The notes beneath the pieces were generated by a model. The model had not been told where the DNA came from, ran no database searches, and saw only the letters and a program-made list of their open reading frames with translations. Below are positions 38,001 through 50,699 of a stretch of DNA of 64,000 nucleotides, piece by piece. Made by a program: the position numbers and the translations under genes. The stretch lies in assembly GCA_950097015.1 (NCBI GenBank), contig CATNEN010000035.1, positions 1,240,001 through 1,304,000 of the forward strand. The letters run 5' to 3'. Numbering within the stretch: the first letter of the stretch is position 1; every line of letters begins with the position of its first letter. The stretch comes from Macrostomum hystrix (taxonomy: Eukaryota; Animalia; Platyhelminthes).

Positions 38001-41000
38001 TCCTAGCCCTAAACTTTCCTAACCCTCAACTTTCCTAGCCCTCAACTTTCCTAACCCTAACCCTAAACTTTCCTAGCCCTAAACTTTCCTAACCCTAACC
38101 CTCAACTTTCCTAGCCCTCAACTTTCCTAGCCCTCAACTTTCATAGCCCTCAACTTTCCTAGCCCTCAACTTTCCTAACCCTCAACTTTCCTAGCCCTCA
38201 ACTTTCCTAACCCTAAACTTTCCTAGCCCTCAACTTTCCTAGCCCTAAACTTTCCTAGCCCTCAACTTTCCTAACCCTCAACTTTCCTAGCCCTCAACTT
38301 TCCTAGCCCTAAACTTTCTTAGCCCTCAACTTTCCTAGCCCTCAACTTTCCTAACCCTAACCCTAAACTTTCCTAGCCCTCAACTTTCCTAACCCTCAAC
38401 TTTCCTAGCCCTCAACTTTCTAAAGCCCCCAAAAACCCTCCTAGCCCTAGCCCTCAACTTTCATAGCCCTAAACTTTCCTAACCCTCAACTTTCCTAGCC
38501 CTCAACTTTCCTAACCCTAAACTTTCCTAGCCCTCAACTTTCCTAGCCCTAAACTTTCCTAGCCCTAAACTTTCCTAACCCTCAACTTTCCTAGCCCTCA
38601 ACTTTCCTAACCCTAACCCTAAACTTTCCTAGCCCTAAACTATCCAAAGCCTAAACTGTCCTAACCCTAAACTATCCAAAGCCTAAACTATCCTAACCCT
38701 AAACTATCCAAACCCTAAACTGTCCTAACCCTAAACTATCCAAAGCCTAAACTATCCTAACCCTAAACTATCCTAACCCGAAACTATCCTAACCCTAAAC
38801 TATCCTAACCCTAAACTATCCAAAGCCTAAACTGTCCTAACCCTAAACTATCCTAACCCTAAACTATCGTAACCCTAAACTATCCAAATCCTAAATTTCC
38901 AAACCCTCTACTTCACAAATCCGAATACAAACCCTAAACTTCATAAAACTTAATTAAACTAAATTGGTTTCCGTCAGTGGTTGGAAAAGTGCAGGCCAAA
39001 GTCCAGGTGGATTCCCGCACGCAGGGCCCATGCTGGCGAATATATTTTCTCTCTCTATAAACAAAAACTTATCTTCCTTTATCATATTAAGTTTGGAAAA
39101 ATATAATTAAAGGTAGACAGACAGACAAGTCAGGCAGTGGGCCCCAAGGATTTGTAAACACCAGCTAAGCGTGGATGAGATGGAAAGTAAAACAAAATAT
39201 TAAATTAGTTTTTGTTCAGCCATCACGCAAAAGCTTAAAACTTTTCCCACAGAAGTGTAATGAAAAAATTCGATTTTGACTACTGGTAGTAGGGTGTTGG
39301 TGCGGGAAGCTTTTTCTAAATGACAAACTGCAAAAATTGCATCCTTGAGCAAGACACTTGATTTCCTAGTGCTTGAGTTCACCCAGGTGAGATAGAAATT
39401 TCGGTGGACTATAGATGGACTATAGATGGACGCTGTAACGATGCCAATTATTTACTTTACCCTTGCGCGTGACTTCTGGGCTCAATTATGCTCTAATTTA
39501 GGTAAATAATGCGAGTGCAGCTTCATATCGGCCAATAGGAGGGGAGAGGGTAAGGGGGCCTCTCGCACCAAGGTCCCCGAGCTCGATTCCGCAGCGAAGT
39601 CACATTCATTTGGGGCGTAGCCGCGGAGAGAAGGCTTTGGGGCTTGTCGTGCAATTTACGCTCTTGAGGGCCAACCTTCGACACAGTGGCAGTGTACACT
39701 GTCTGACGATGAGAAAGTCAGGGCAGATGTACACACCTGTGTGAGCGTATGCCTGCGTACGGTATCGTGTGCGCGTGCCCAGGAGTCAGCGGAATGGGCT
39801 GAGTTGCCTCCACACTGGCTGCGGTTCTAGTGTCACTCAAATTTCTACCTGTAGCCAATTTTTCTGCTGAAGCTCATCGTCAGCCCGAGCTGGGACCTTG
39901 TGGTGATGCGACAGTCAAACTAGGTCGATGATTGTCACTTACTTTCAAGCGGCAAGCTGGGGGGTAGCCACTGCAGCAGCATCGAGTTGCCAGGTTCAGC
40001 ACCAGTGGTGATTCCCCTGCTGCAGCCTCGGCCAGAGATGCCAGGGGCACCTCTTGTTCGCCAATCAGAACCAGCTGATCGCAGCGTTGCCGCAGACGGC
40101 TGCTGGCGCCTTCGACGCAGGCGCGTCGACTGGCGTACACGCGCAGTCGGAGCTGCCGATCTGTGCCGCCCAACCGGCTGAACACGAATTCAAGCTCGAC
40201 AGACTCTCGACCGAATCGTTGAAGGCTGTCCAAATTGACCCTGGCCCGACGGCGAAGCCGCTTTGCCGGCAGAATGACCAGCGACAACTCGGCCGTGGCC
40301 CAGCTGCGGCAGCGCTCAGTCAGGACAGGCTTCAGCTGCAGCAAAGTGTGCAACTGGCGTCTGCTTGGGTCGTATGTGAGACGAGCTTCTACAACGCTTG
40401 GGCTTGGCGCAATGTCCTGCTCAGCAGGTTTCGATGGCGATTCCTGTTAACAGTAGAAAGACCATTCGGGGAATTTCAAATGCCCACATTTTTTCAGTAG
40501 CTCTCGCCATGAAAATCCAGAAAACGGGCAACAATTTCCCGCTCTATCCGATGAAACAACTTCCAGAATAACAAAACACCGGCATCGTCGGGGTGTCTGG
40601 TGGCAAAAACCACCAATATAGGCAAACTATTTTTGCTCACAACATTTTTCAAGAAATAATCATGTCGGCTACTATGGTTGACTATATTATGTTTTATATA
40701 TAGTTAATTTATACACTTTTAAACCGATATGGATTCGCCAAAGCGGGTTTTACAGAGCAATTATAATTAGAAGAGTTATTAATAATTTAAAGTTAATTAG
40801 TCGCAGCTCGACATTTTCTAATGTGAATTCGCTGAAATGCTTCTTCTCTGCGCTTTGTCGATTCGGAAACTGTATTTTTGAGTTCAGAATATGTCGCAGA
40901 ACTAGACTATTTTCTTTCAAAGGAAAAAGACGGCTTTGCAACTGTTAAAGTAGAAAGCCACGGGAGTTTTTATGATGCCCAAATTTTTCTTTTTATCTGT

Positions 41001-41843
41001 GTCTCCTAAAACAACCAAGTAATCGGCATGAAAGTCTAGAAAATGGGCTAAACTTTTCCGCTCGTATGGATGAAACAACTTCCAGAGTCGCAAAGCATCT
41101 GTGCAGTCTAAATATTTCAAGATTTTCGTCGGGCAAAAAAACTACCAATATTTGCATAATTTTCTGCAACAAAAAATTCATCTCGTAACAATGTTGCGAT
41201 TAATTTTTTCTCATATTGTTTTGGTGCTCTAAATATTGTGTGGCTTTACAGAGATACTCAACTTATCGAGTATCAGGTACGAGTACAACCAAAAAGGGAT
41301 ACATTCACTGGGCCTGGATTGGTATGAAAATGGAGCACATTTAAAGTATTTTTTGTACCAATTGAAATGCAAGGCTTCCTGAAACCTTACAACATTGCTC
41401 CCGACTTCAGTGCACTCTTCGACCTCAACCGAGGGCTCTTGAATGTCCTCATCTCCTGCCGGAAGCGGCAACTCGGGCGGTTGCGAAAGCAAGTTTGGCG
41501 ACGCTAGAGTCGGTCGCCTGAAGGCTACAAATCCGTCGTTGCAGTCGTTGCGTTTAGATAAAATTCCAGAGAATCCTGGGATGAGGTTCAGGGGGAATCA
41601 GCGTGCCGTGCAGCTTCTATGCTTCTACGAGCCAGGATAAAAGCTTATACGAGCGTAGCAGTGCAAGCAAGTCGAATGGGTTAAAAAAGTTTAGTGGATC
41701 CGTGACTGACCGGAATTCAGGTTCCAAGGTTGCTGCGCTGGCTCTTGGTCGCTCAGATTCTCGTTGGACTCTGCCGGACGGCCTCGACCACCGTAGCAGC
41801 AGGTGACGAGGCCGCGAACGCTGAACTCGTTGAGAGCGAACAT
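32058..41843 (-). CDS. Synaptotagmin-14/16-like tandem C2 domain protein
   Basis: Exons ~41843-41711, 41524-41406, 40443-39943, ~36657-36604, 35825-35624, 32478-32266, ~32200-32058. C2B PELFLGLAYSANTGQLLAEVIKGS...DTFVKL...NPNPMWKENF...HWQDM...ICRWHRL matches the SYT14/16 C2B pattern. Start codon and small linker exon are less certain. Confidence 0.8.
32545..33158. repeat. 18-bp purine-rich minisatellite (GAGGGTAGGAAAGGAGAA) x~34
   Basis: Direct tandem repeat in the C2-gene intron; produces the spurious LLLSYP ORF. Confidence 0.95.
33772..35600. repeat. 23-bp minisatellite (GAGAATGGGATCTAGAGCAGTGG) x~80
   Basis: Period 23 measured at 33841/33864; same intron as the 18-mer. Confidence 0.95.
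35907..36513. repeat. 22-bp minisatellite (CTTCAGGAGTCCAGAACTACGA) x~27
   Basis: Period 22 measured at 36001/36023; intronic. Confidence 0.95.
37530..38930. repeat. 16-bp telomere-like minisatellite (CCCT[A/C]AACTTTCCTA[A/G]) with interspersed CCCTAA hexamers
   Basis: About 1.4-kb intronic array; scattered CCCTAACCCTAA doublets; ACTAT/ACTGT variant sub-array from ~38640. Confidence 0.92.
39340..39395 (+). mobile_element. SINE family 2 body fragment
   Basis: tccttgagcaagacactt...gagttcacccagg. Confidence 0.5.
39557..39850 (+). mobile_element. tRNA-derived SINE family 1, copy
   Basis: B-box-like GAGCTCGATTCC (39579-39590); body closely matches 22990-23260. Confidence 0.8.
40451..40944. mobile_element. 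TTAA-flanked MITE (family of 26695-27251)
   Basis: TTAA|CAGTAGAAAGACC...GGCTTTGCAACTG|TTAA; internal blocks shared with 26695-27251. Confidence 0.75.
40949..41400. mobile_element. Second, older MITE copy sharing the TTAA at 40945-40948
   Basis: Starts AGTAGAAAGCCACGGGAG and contains ttttccgctcgtatggatgaaacaacttccag; right end uncertain. Confidence 0.55.
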
Positions 41844-42010
41844 CTGGCCGCTGCTCAGTCTGAGGACATCGATTTAGAAAGCTTGATAACAAGGGCCGTG
41901 CACACCTGGCTCAGCCAATCCAGAACAGCCTCTGAAATACCGGGTTCTTACTCCCTGATCAATTCCAATCAGACATTTATTCGGCTCGTTTTGATTCGCG
42001 TTTCTAGTCT

Positions 42011-42262
42011 TCATTGGCTCAGTGAGATTTCATTGGTTCAGTGAGATTTCATTGGCTCAGTGAGATTTCATTGGCTCAGTGAGATTTCATTGGCTCAGTG
42101 AGATTTCATTGGCTCAGTGACATTGGCTCAGTGAGATTTCATTGGCTCAGTGAGATTTCATTGGCTCAGTGGGATTTCATTGGCTCAGTGAGATTTCATT
42201 GGCTCAGTGGGATTTCATTGGTTCAGTGGGATTTCATTGGCTCAGTGAGATTTCATTGGCTT
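42011..42262. repeat. 19-bp minisatellite (TCATTGGCTCAGTGAGATT) x~14, each unit with a CCAAT box
   Basis: 14 ATTGG cores counted; 170-420 nt upstream of the predicted C2-gene start. Confidence 0.92.
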
Positions 42263-42747
42263 GACCAATCGTTATTAAATTACTTCCAGTTTTTTTACTC
42301 GAATTCTATAGTTTGTCCTAAAATCTGCTAGTTTCATGAAAAATTACCTTGATTATGAAACAGAACGTAATCATTGCAAGTACACCGATGCACACAGACT
42401 GGCTTAAAAGTACACTATGATATTCCTTACTGTACGACTCAGATTGAAAGATAAATCTAGATTCTGCATAAACCGTCGGACAGGTTCTCATAAAATATTT
42501 CAGGGCTTGAGAATGTGATAAATCTTCGCGGAATTAATTGCATTGACACCGAGGCACAGAGACCCAGCAGTGACCGCTGGAGTCACTGATTGCGGGATAA
42601 ACATAATAAGAGAGACTGCGACAGCTATATTGCTTTTTCTTAGGTCCGTGTGAAAACAAAAAAAATGCCTTAGGCCAAACTCAAACAGAGACCTGCTGTT
42701 CCCGTGTGGCACTCGACTCAGCACATTCACACGGCCATCCGCAGCAA

Positions 42748-45089
42748 CTCTTAGTAGGCTGCAGTTGATACTCAACCCACATGAACTCTTAGTAGGCTGC
42801 AGTTAATACTCGACCCACATGAACTCTTAGTAGGCTGCAATTAATACTCGACCCACATGAACTCTTAGTAGGCTGCAATTAATACTCGACCCACATGAAC
42901 TCTTAGTAGGCTGCAATTAATACTCGACCCACATGAACTCTTAGTAGGCTGCAGTTAATACTCGACCCACATGAACTCTTAGTAGGCTGCAGTTGATACT
43001 CGACCCACATGAACTCTTAGTAGGCTGCAGTTGATACTCGACCCACATGAACTCTTAGTAGGCTGCAGCTAATACTCGACCCACATGAACTCTTAGTAGG
43101 CTGCAGTTGATACTCGACCCACATGAACTCTTAGTAGGCTGCAGTTGATACTCGACCCACATGAACTCTTAGTAGGCTGCAGTTGATACTCAACCCACAT
43201 GAACTCTTAGTAGGCTGCAGTTGATACTCGACCCACATGAACTCTTAGTAGGCTGCAGTTGATACTCAACCCACATGAACTCTTAGTAGGCTGCAGTTAA
43301 TACTCGACCCACATGAACTCTTAGTAGGCTGCAATTAATACTCGACCCACATGAACTCTTAGTAGGCTGCAGTTGATACTCAACCCACATGAACTCTTAG
43401 TAGGCTGCAGTTAATACTCGACCCACATGAACTCTTAGTAGGCTGCAGTTGATACTCGACCCACATGAACTCTTAGTAGGCTGCAATTAATACTCGACCC
43501 ACATGAAATCTTAGTAGGCTGCAGTTGATACTCAACCCACATGAACTCTTAGTAGGCTGCAGTTAATACTCGACCCACATGAACTCTTAGTAGGCTGCAG
43601 TTAATACTCGACCCACATGAACTCTTAGTAGGCTGCAGTTGATACTCGACCCACATGAACTCTTAGTAGGCTGCAGTTGATACTCGACCCACATGAACTC
43701 TTAGTAGGCTGCAGTTAATACTCGACCCACATGAAATCTTAGTAGGCTGCAGTTAATACTCGACCCACATGAACTCTTAGTAGGCTGCAGTTGATACTCG
43801 ACCCACATGAACTCTTAGTAGGCTGCAGTTGATACTCGACCCACATGAACTCTTAGTAGGCTGCAGTTGATACTCGACCCACATGAACTCTTAGTAGGCT
43901 GCAGCTAATACTCGACCCACATGAACTCTTAGTAGGCTGCAGTTGATACTCGACCCACATGAACTCTTAGTAGGCTGCAGTTAATACTCGACCCACATGA
44001 ACTCTTAGTAGGCTGCAGTTAATACTCGACCCACATGAACTCTTAGTAGGCTGCAGTTGATACTCGACCCACATGAACTCTTAGTAGGCTGCAGTTAATA
44101 CTCGACCCACATGAACTCTTAGTAGGCTGCAGTTGATACTCGACCCACATGAACTCTTAGTAGGCTGCAGCTAATACTCGACCCACATGAACTCTTAGTA
44201 GGCTGCAGTTGATACTCGACCCACATGAACTCTTAGTAGGCTGCAGTTAATACTCGACCCACATGAACTCTTAGTAGGCTGCAGTTAATACTCGACCCAC
44301 ATGAACTCTTAGTAGGTTGCAGTTGATACTCGACCCACATGAACTCTTAGTAGGCTGCAGTTGATACTCGACCCACATGAACTCTTAGTAGGCTGCAGTT
44401 GATACTCGACCCACATGAACTCTTAGTAGGCTGCAGTTAATACTCGACCCACATGAACTCTTAGTAGGTTGCAGTTAATACTCGACCCACATGAAATCTT
44501 AGTAGGCTGCAGTTAATACTCGACCCACATGAAATCTTAGTAGGCTGCAGTTGATACTCGACCCACAGGAACTCTTAGTAGGCTGCAGTTAATACTCGAC
44601 CCACATGAACTATTAGTAGGCTGCAGTTAATACTCGACCCACATGAACTCTTAGTAGGCTGCAGTTGATACTCGACCCACATGAACTATTAGTAGGCTGC
44701 AGTTAATACTCGACCCACATGAAATCTTAGTAGGCTGCAGTTGATACTCGACCCACATGAACTCTTAGTAGGCTGCAGTTGATACTCGACCCACATGAAC
44801 TCTTAGTAGGCTGCAGTTAATACTCGACCCACATGAAATCTTAGTAGGCTGCAGTTGATACTCGACCCACATGAACTCTTAGTAGGCTGCAGTTGATACT
44901 CGACCCACATGAACTCTTAGTAGGCTGCAGTTGATACTCGACCCACATGAACTCTTAGTAGGCTGCAGTTAATACTCGACCCACATGAACTCTTAGTAGG
45001 CTGCAGTTGATACTCGACCCACATGAACTCTTAGTAGGCTGCAGTTAATACTCGACCCACATGAACTCTTAGTAGGCTGCAGTTAATAC
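42748..45089. repeat. 38-bp minisatellite x~61
   Basis: Unit CTCTTAGTAGGCTGCAGTT[G/A]ATACTCGACCCACATGAA; period 38 (42748/42786); intergenic. Confidence 0.97.
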
Positions 45090-45869
45090 AGGTTTGATGC
45101 ACTATCCGGTAAAAGAATGAACTAGTGATTAGCCAGGCAAAAATTTAGCACCAGATATTTTTATAACAGAATATGCACACGTTACCATTTGAAGACAGAG
45201 TTCTTATTGTTTTAGTTCTTGTTAACTATAAATCAATTATGGGAAGAGCTGATGAAACAGTAACAAACACAAAAGCAAGCACCAAGCATTGCTTACAAGT
45301 ATGCTAAGCTACTATTGTATTGGAATAAAATACTCGAAAAATTCGAGAATAGAGCAAAAAAATCTGGTTTCCAATAGAAACGGCGCAAAAGAACTAATTA
45401 AGAATTAACACTTTCTTAGAAAGTTAACTGTTATCGCGCAAAATTTCCAGCTCTCGTAGTAGACACTTAAAAATCTGAGGTTACAATAAAACTTCTTTTT
45501 TACACAATAACTAAGTCTCCAGGCTAAAATAAAAAACCATGTGGTAAATAAAATTATTTAAAAGCGTGAAAATCGTATATATATATATATATATATATTA
45601 ATTTATTAGAAAAATTACACATCAAAAAAAGAAAAAACCGTTTAACCGTTAAAGCAGATACGGTAAATGACAACTGGCACAGCCGTAGCTATGTACAGCT
45701 GCTCAGTCCATGGACACGGACTGACTATGAATACATGTTTTATATAAACAGAATTATTTTACAAAACCACAGAAGCAATCAGCTTCAATGGAATGCTAAT
45801 ACTAATCCCAGAATCAATTAGCCCTGAATCCCTCCCTACTCAAATAGGTGAGATCGCACAGCTCAGTGA

Positions 45870-47880
45870 TCAGACAGCCGGTTCAGCGTCCTCGGCTGCC
45901 TGTTCAGCTGGACAGTTGTGAACAAAGACTCGCACCACGCTAACAGATTTGTCTTCGTCGGCTAGCGCGACATTATCGAAGGTGGCGCCGGCGGTAGCAG
46001 CCGACGCTGGCTGACCGTCCGCGGTTGCGTCCTCGGCGCCTGTCGCACAATCGAGGCCGTCCCGCTGAGCCGAATTCTGCAGCAGCGGAGTCCTCTCGTC
46101 TTGGCACAAAGACTCGGACGAAACTGAATTGGATGCGGCTGGGCCGGGTTCAGCGTCGGTCAATGTTGACGGACCGGCGGCCACTGAGACTGCCGCTGCG
46201 CCAGACGAGGCTGCTCCGTGGCTGCCACTACCGGCGGCTTCGTTATCATCTTCGTCGCCTTCGGAGTCGGCGGAGCGGGGAAAAACGCGACGCTTGCAGA
46301 CCGGACAGGAGCTGCGGCTCTTCAGCAGCCACGGATCAACGCACTTGGTGTGATAGGCTGCGGGCGGATGACCGGACAGTGCGCTGCATGACCACATTTC
46401 AACTAACTGATGACCAGTTTTTTTGCACAACGACGAGACTTTTTAGTTATGCACATACTACCCAATGACCTGCACATACTACCCAATGACCTGCACATAC
46501 TACCCAATGACCTGCACATACTACCCAATGACCTGCACATACTACCCAATGACCTGCACATACTACCCAATGACCAAAAAAGTATTCTGAATGACCAGTT
46601 TATTATTCCGAATGATAGATAAATTTCTCAATGACGATAATTTTACTCTGAATGATCAGTTTTTTTATTTTCAGAATGACGAAACTTTCTAAGACAGGGT
46701 ACATATCACACAAGCAAATAAAACACAGAATGGCTAAATGAGCAGGTGCTTAATTTTGGTCAACTCACCGTGGTTGCACGGCAGAATTCTCAACTTCTCT
46801 CCGGGCACAAAATCTTCGAGGCAGATCGCGCAACAGTCGTACGGGTCCTTGCCTGAACAGAAGGTTGGAAAATCATTTATTTTCTTTTGACCAGTAATAA
46901 TCATGCACTACTTATCGCGAGTAGTAAACAACGCACCTTTTTCAAACTTTTTCACTTTCAGTTTCTTTAGACTGGATCTGGGCAGCCGATTGCGACGGCT
47001 GCGCCTCCAGTCCCTGTAGAATTTGATACCCTGCGGAATGCGAGGCGTGGGGTGGGTGACAGGCCAATCAGATAACTGGAGGTGGGGTGGGTGACGGGGT
47101 GTAATTACTGAACAGCCGGTTGAATCCAAAAGTGTGGCCTGACCCTCACTACGTCACGTGACATCCCTTTCATCCCCAATAGCGAAAAAATGCACTGGTA
47201 GCCAATTAAAATGGCCGGGTGATTCCCAAGGTCATCCTGGACGACGACAGGCCAATCAGAAAACTGAAGGGGGCGTGGGTGACGGGACAATTTGATTACT
47301 GGAGGTAAGGTGGCTGCCAGACCAATGAGATTTCCGGAGGTTGGGTGGGTGACTGGCCAATCAATTTGTCGCCTGGCTCACCCAGACAAGCAGCGACAGC
47401 AGCAGGCAGACGCCGATAATGATGGCAAACGAGATGACATAGACGTGAAAATCAAATGGGAACGGAATCTCAAAGCCCAGAGTGTATCGATCGCCAGCGA
47501 CAGAATAAGCGCAGCGATCTCTCATAGTGCTACCGCAGGTGTTGGTGATCATGGCGACCGGTATATGCACCCGGTTGCCCACTGAAATGTGCAATTCAAT
47601 CGATTTAGATGAGCTTATTGCAGAGGGGTAGACAAGGTTCAAATTAGATCTTACATCCGGAAGACTGCATAGTCAACAATGCGTCCTCATAGTTTTGCAC
47701 TAATACAGCTCCGAAGCCAGCCTGTTGAGCGTTAATAACTTTGCGATCAAATGGGCAGCCAGAGTCGGGATGATTGTCACGGATGACCAAGGCCACCCAA
47801 GCCACGGAATCATTACGCTGATATGGCGGCGGTCTGATGGGCGAACACGCATTCAATGGCGATGCATTCACGACCACACC
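45870..47880 (-). CDS. RNF13: PA-TM-RING-H2 E3 ubiquitin ligase, RNF13/RNF167-like (5' exon(s) not resolved)
   Basis: Exons 47880-47655, 47581-47382, 47031-46937, 46852-46769, 46357-45870. PA domain (NACSPI...CPFDRKVINAQQAGF), TM helix, RRSRRNRL, RING-H2 CAIC...PCNHAYHTKCVDPWL...CPVC. RNF13 versus RNF167 is not distinguishable by eye. Confidence 0.88.
46449..46576. repeat. 21-bp minisatellite (GCACATACTACCCAATGACCT) x~6
   Basis: Tandem repeat in the intron splitting the RING finger. Confidence 0.92.
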
Positions 47881-47904
47881 CTGGCAATCAGGTAAGCGGA
47901 CTTT

Positions 47905-48290
47905 CAGAACAGCACTGTTCCTGATGGATTGCATCTAGAACTGCACTGTTCCTGACGGATTGCATCTAGAACTGCACTGTTCCTGATGGATTGCATCTAG
48001 AACTGCACTGTTCCTGATGGATTGCATCTAGAACTGCACTGTTCCTGATGGATTGCATCTATATAACTGCACTGTTCCTGATGGATTGCATCTAGAACTG
48101 CACTGTTCCTGATGGATTGCATCTATATAACTGCACTGTTCCTGATGGATTGCATCTATATAACTGCACTGTTCCTGATGGATTGCATCTATAGAACTGC
48201 ACTGTTCCTGATGGATTGCATCTATATAACTGCACTGTTCCTGATGGATTGCATCTATAGAACTGCACTGTTCCTGATGGATCTAGATGG
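47905..48290. repeat. 31/33-bp minisatellite (GCACTGTTCCTGATGGATTGCATCTA[TA][G/T]AACT) x~12
   Basis: Tandem array beginning ~25 nt from the acceptor of the PA exon. Confidence 0.92.
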
Positions 48291-50699
48291 ATTGCATTCT
48301 TTCTGGTACAGTGGGTGTTAGCTCCTAATGAGCCGAACATGGCCCCTTAATTTTTCCATATCTTCTTATGACATCAATAATTTCCCTATCGATAGGATAT
48401 TTAAAAATGGCAATGACTCACCTGCATTGCCCAGAATATGTAATTAGGCCCAAAATTTGCAGTCTCAGATAAACAAAACTTCTCATCAGTTGTATTTCTC
48501 TTGTGATCAGTCTAAAAAAAGAATGACAATTGTTTTCTGTGCATTTTTAAGAAGCATTTAGGCAGTAACACTAATATAATAGAACTTACTAAGTGGATCT
48601 CTAGCTGATCACAAAGTGCACCAGATATTGTGGCTGTTAGCAATATTGATAATGTAGAAAACATGACTCTGAAATATATATAAAGGCCTCTCTTTTAAAT
48701 GCAATTAAAATAACGAGGCACATAGAAGGGTTTTGGCTATAGTTTATATTTTAAAAGTTTATCTAGGCCCTATCTCAAATTCTCCAACACAAATATAAAT
48801 AGAAGGCCACAAGATTTCTAAAAAGAAAAAATTACAGATATATAAAACATACAACATAGTGTTTGCATAGGCAGGCAATAAATAGCTAGTCCTATTTAAA
48901 TTAACTACTAGGTCAAATTAAAAGAACCAAAAAGTAAATATAAGAATAAGCCATTGTATTTTTTGTTACAATCACTATGGCTAAAGCATAGGGTAAGCAT
49001 TGATTGCTACATGGAGCATCAAATACTGAACTTCAAGTCAATTCATTTTTGTATGCTTATTTCAGTTCAAAGCAATTCACACATGTATATGTGTGAATGT
49101 ATATACTTTGAACTTACAAGGCTAAATACAGAGCTCTATATTGACTTTGTAATAGCTACAGTCAACTCAGTCAAGCATTTGCTTTTAAAACCACACAGTA
49201 AAGAGAAGCAATGACTTATGTGAGTTCTTGATTTTTACATAATAGAATTTTTTCTTATTTTATATATGACCATTATTCAAATGAATGTCTTGATAGGCCT
49301 ACATTGGAATTCATGTTTTTGTACGCTGAAGACATTAGTATATACTTAAGCATCTTAGCATCCATAAGCACTAGGGCCTAGTTAAAACTACTGGATCATA
49401 AAAATACTTAAATGTCAAATGGTAAAAACAACTATCGAGAGAGCATCTCTATGCAGTTATTTCATGACTCCATAGCAACCAAGCACAATATTAATATACC
49501 CAAAAGCACCGAACACTCCTAAATAATCAAAACAGAGCCTGGAGGGTGTTTAATATGTACACTTGTAAAAAGCCTGGGATTTCCTACAACTGAAATAATT
49601 TAGTAATCAAGAACTAAGGTCTTTAATATTGCAACAGATAGAACCTTAAACAAAATTATTATTTTGCATTACGTCCTTTCTTTCATTTAGAATGAAGCTC
49701 TTTAAACATCGTGTAAAAGCGCTTAACGTATTTGTTTAAACAGACACGCGAAAATAGAAAATTTTACTACTTTTAAAGTTATTCAAAAAAAGTTTTCTTT
49801 CTTAAAAATCACACTCTTCCAAGATAAATTCAGACATAAAATGCTCGATATGAACCTCAATTTGTCACTCAATATATTAAAATATAATCATGCAAACTGT
49901 ACCAACAACATGCGAATGATTTATAGATGTGAAATAGTTAATAAGATAGAAAACCGCAAATTCAACTATAATTTAAACAGCAGCAAGCTTAAAAATTAAC
50001 TAAAGCAGAATCCACAGTACGCGTTAATAGGCTAAATTAGTGGTCGGTGATCAATGCTAAAGTACGGTATTAACAAAGTTTAGATAACTAAAAAACTAAT
50101 GTCCATGACCACATGCTTCGACCACTTCACCAAGGATCGATTAAATGGGTAGCAGCGTCAGCTAGGAATGTGTTTTAGTTGATTTGCTTATGTACATAAT
50201 GTACTTGGTGTTTTGTATTCAGCAATTATTCGGCAAATAAACAATTAACTTGTTACAAAAAGTTAGCGTTGTAACACCTTTTGTGAGTTCCTTTAAAACT
50301 CAAATCTAACTTAAAATTAAGCTGCGATTGCTTTTGCACAAGTTAAGAGCGGTCTCGTCCTTTCGTGCTACTAAACTTCCCTGGTACCGAAACGATCAAT
50401 CTTCAACTCTAGAACAGCAAATAGTCATCTAGATATAACTTCACATTTCTCAGCTGGTCAAACCTTGTGACATTGCGATAAAATTTACGGGCTCACAAAT
50501 TCAGTATCATTAGGCTAATGCTGCTTTGACTTTTAAAAGCAAAATATAAAAGGCTCATAAGGTTCGTAATAGCAGGTGCGAATGTTTTAATTCACATGGC
50601 TCAAATATTAATTGCGTAGTTCTACCAAGATAACTTAATTTATAGCATTGTCATGATGACAGAGAGACAGGGATTGCAACAACCGACCCAGCTCAACTA

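Noticed and set aside
42748-45089. 38-bp regular repeat as a CRISPR array (also the 31-, 43- and 45-bp arrays)
   Set aside because: Units are head-to-tail with no unique spacers, there are no cas genes, and the context is eukaryotic.
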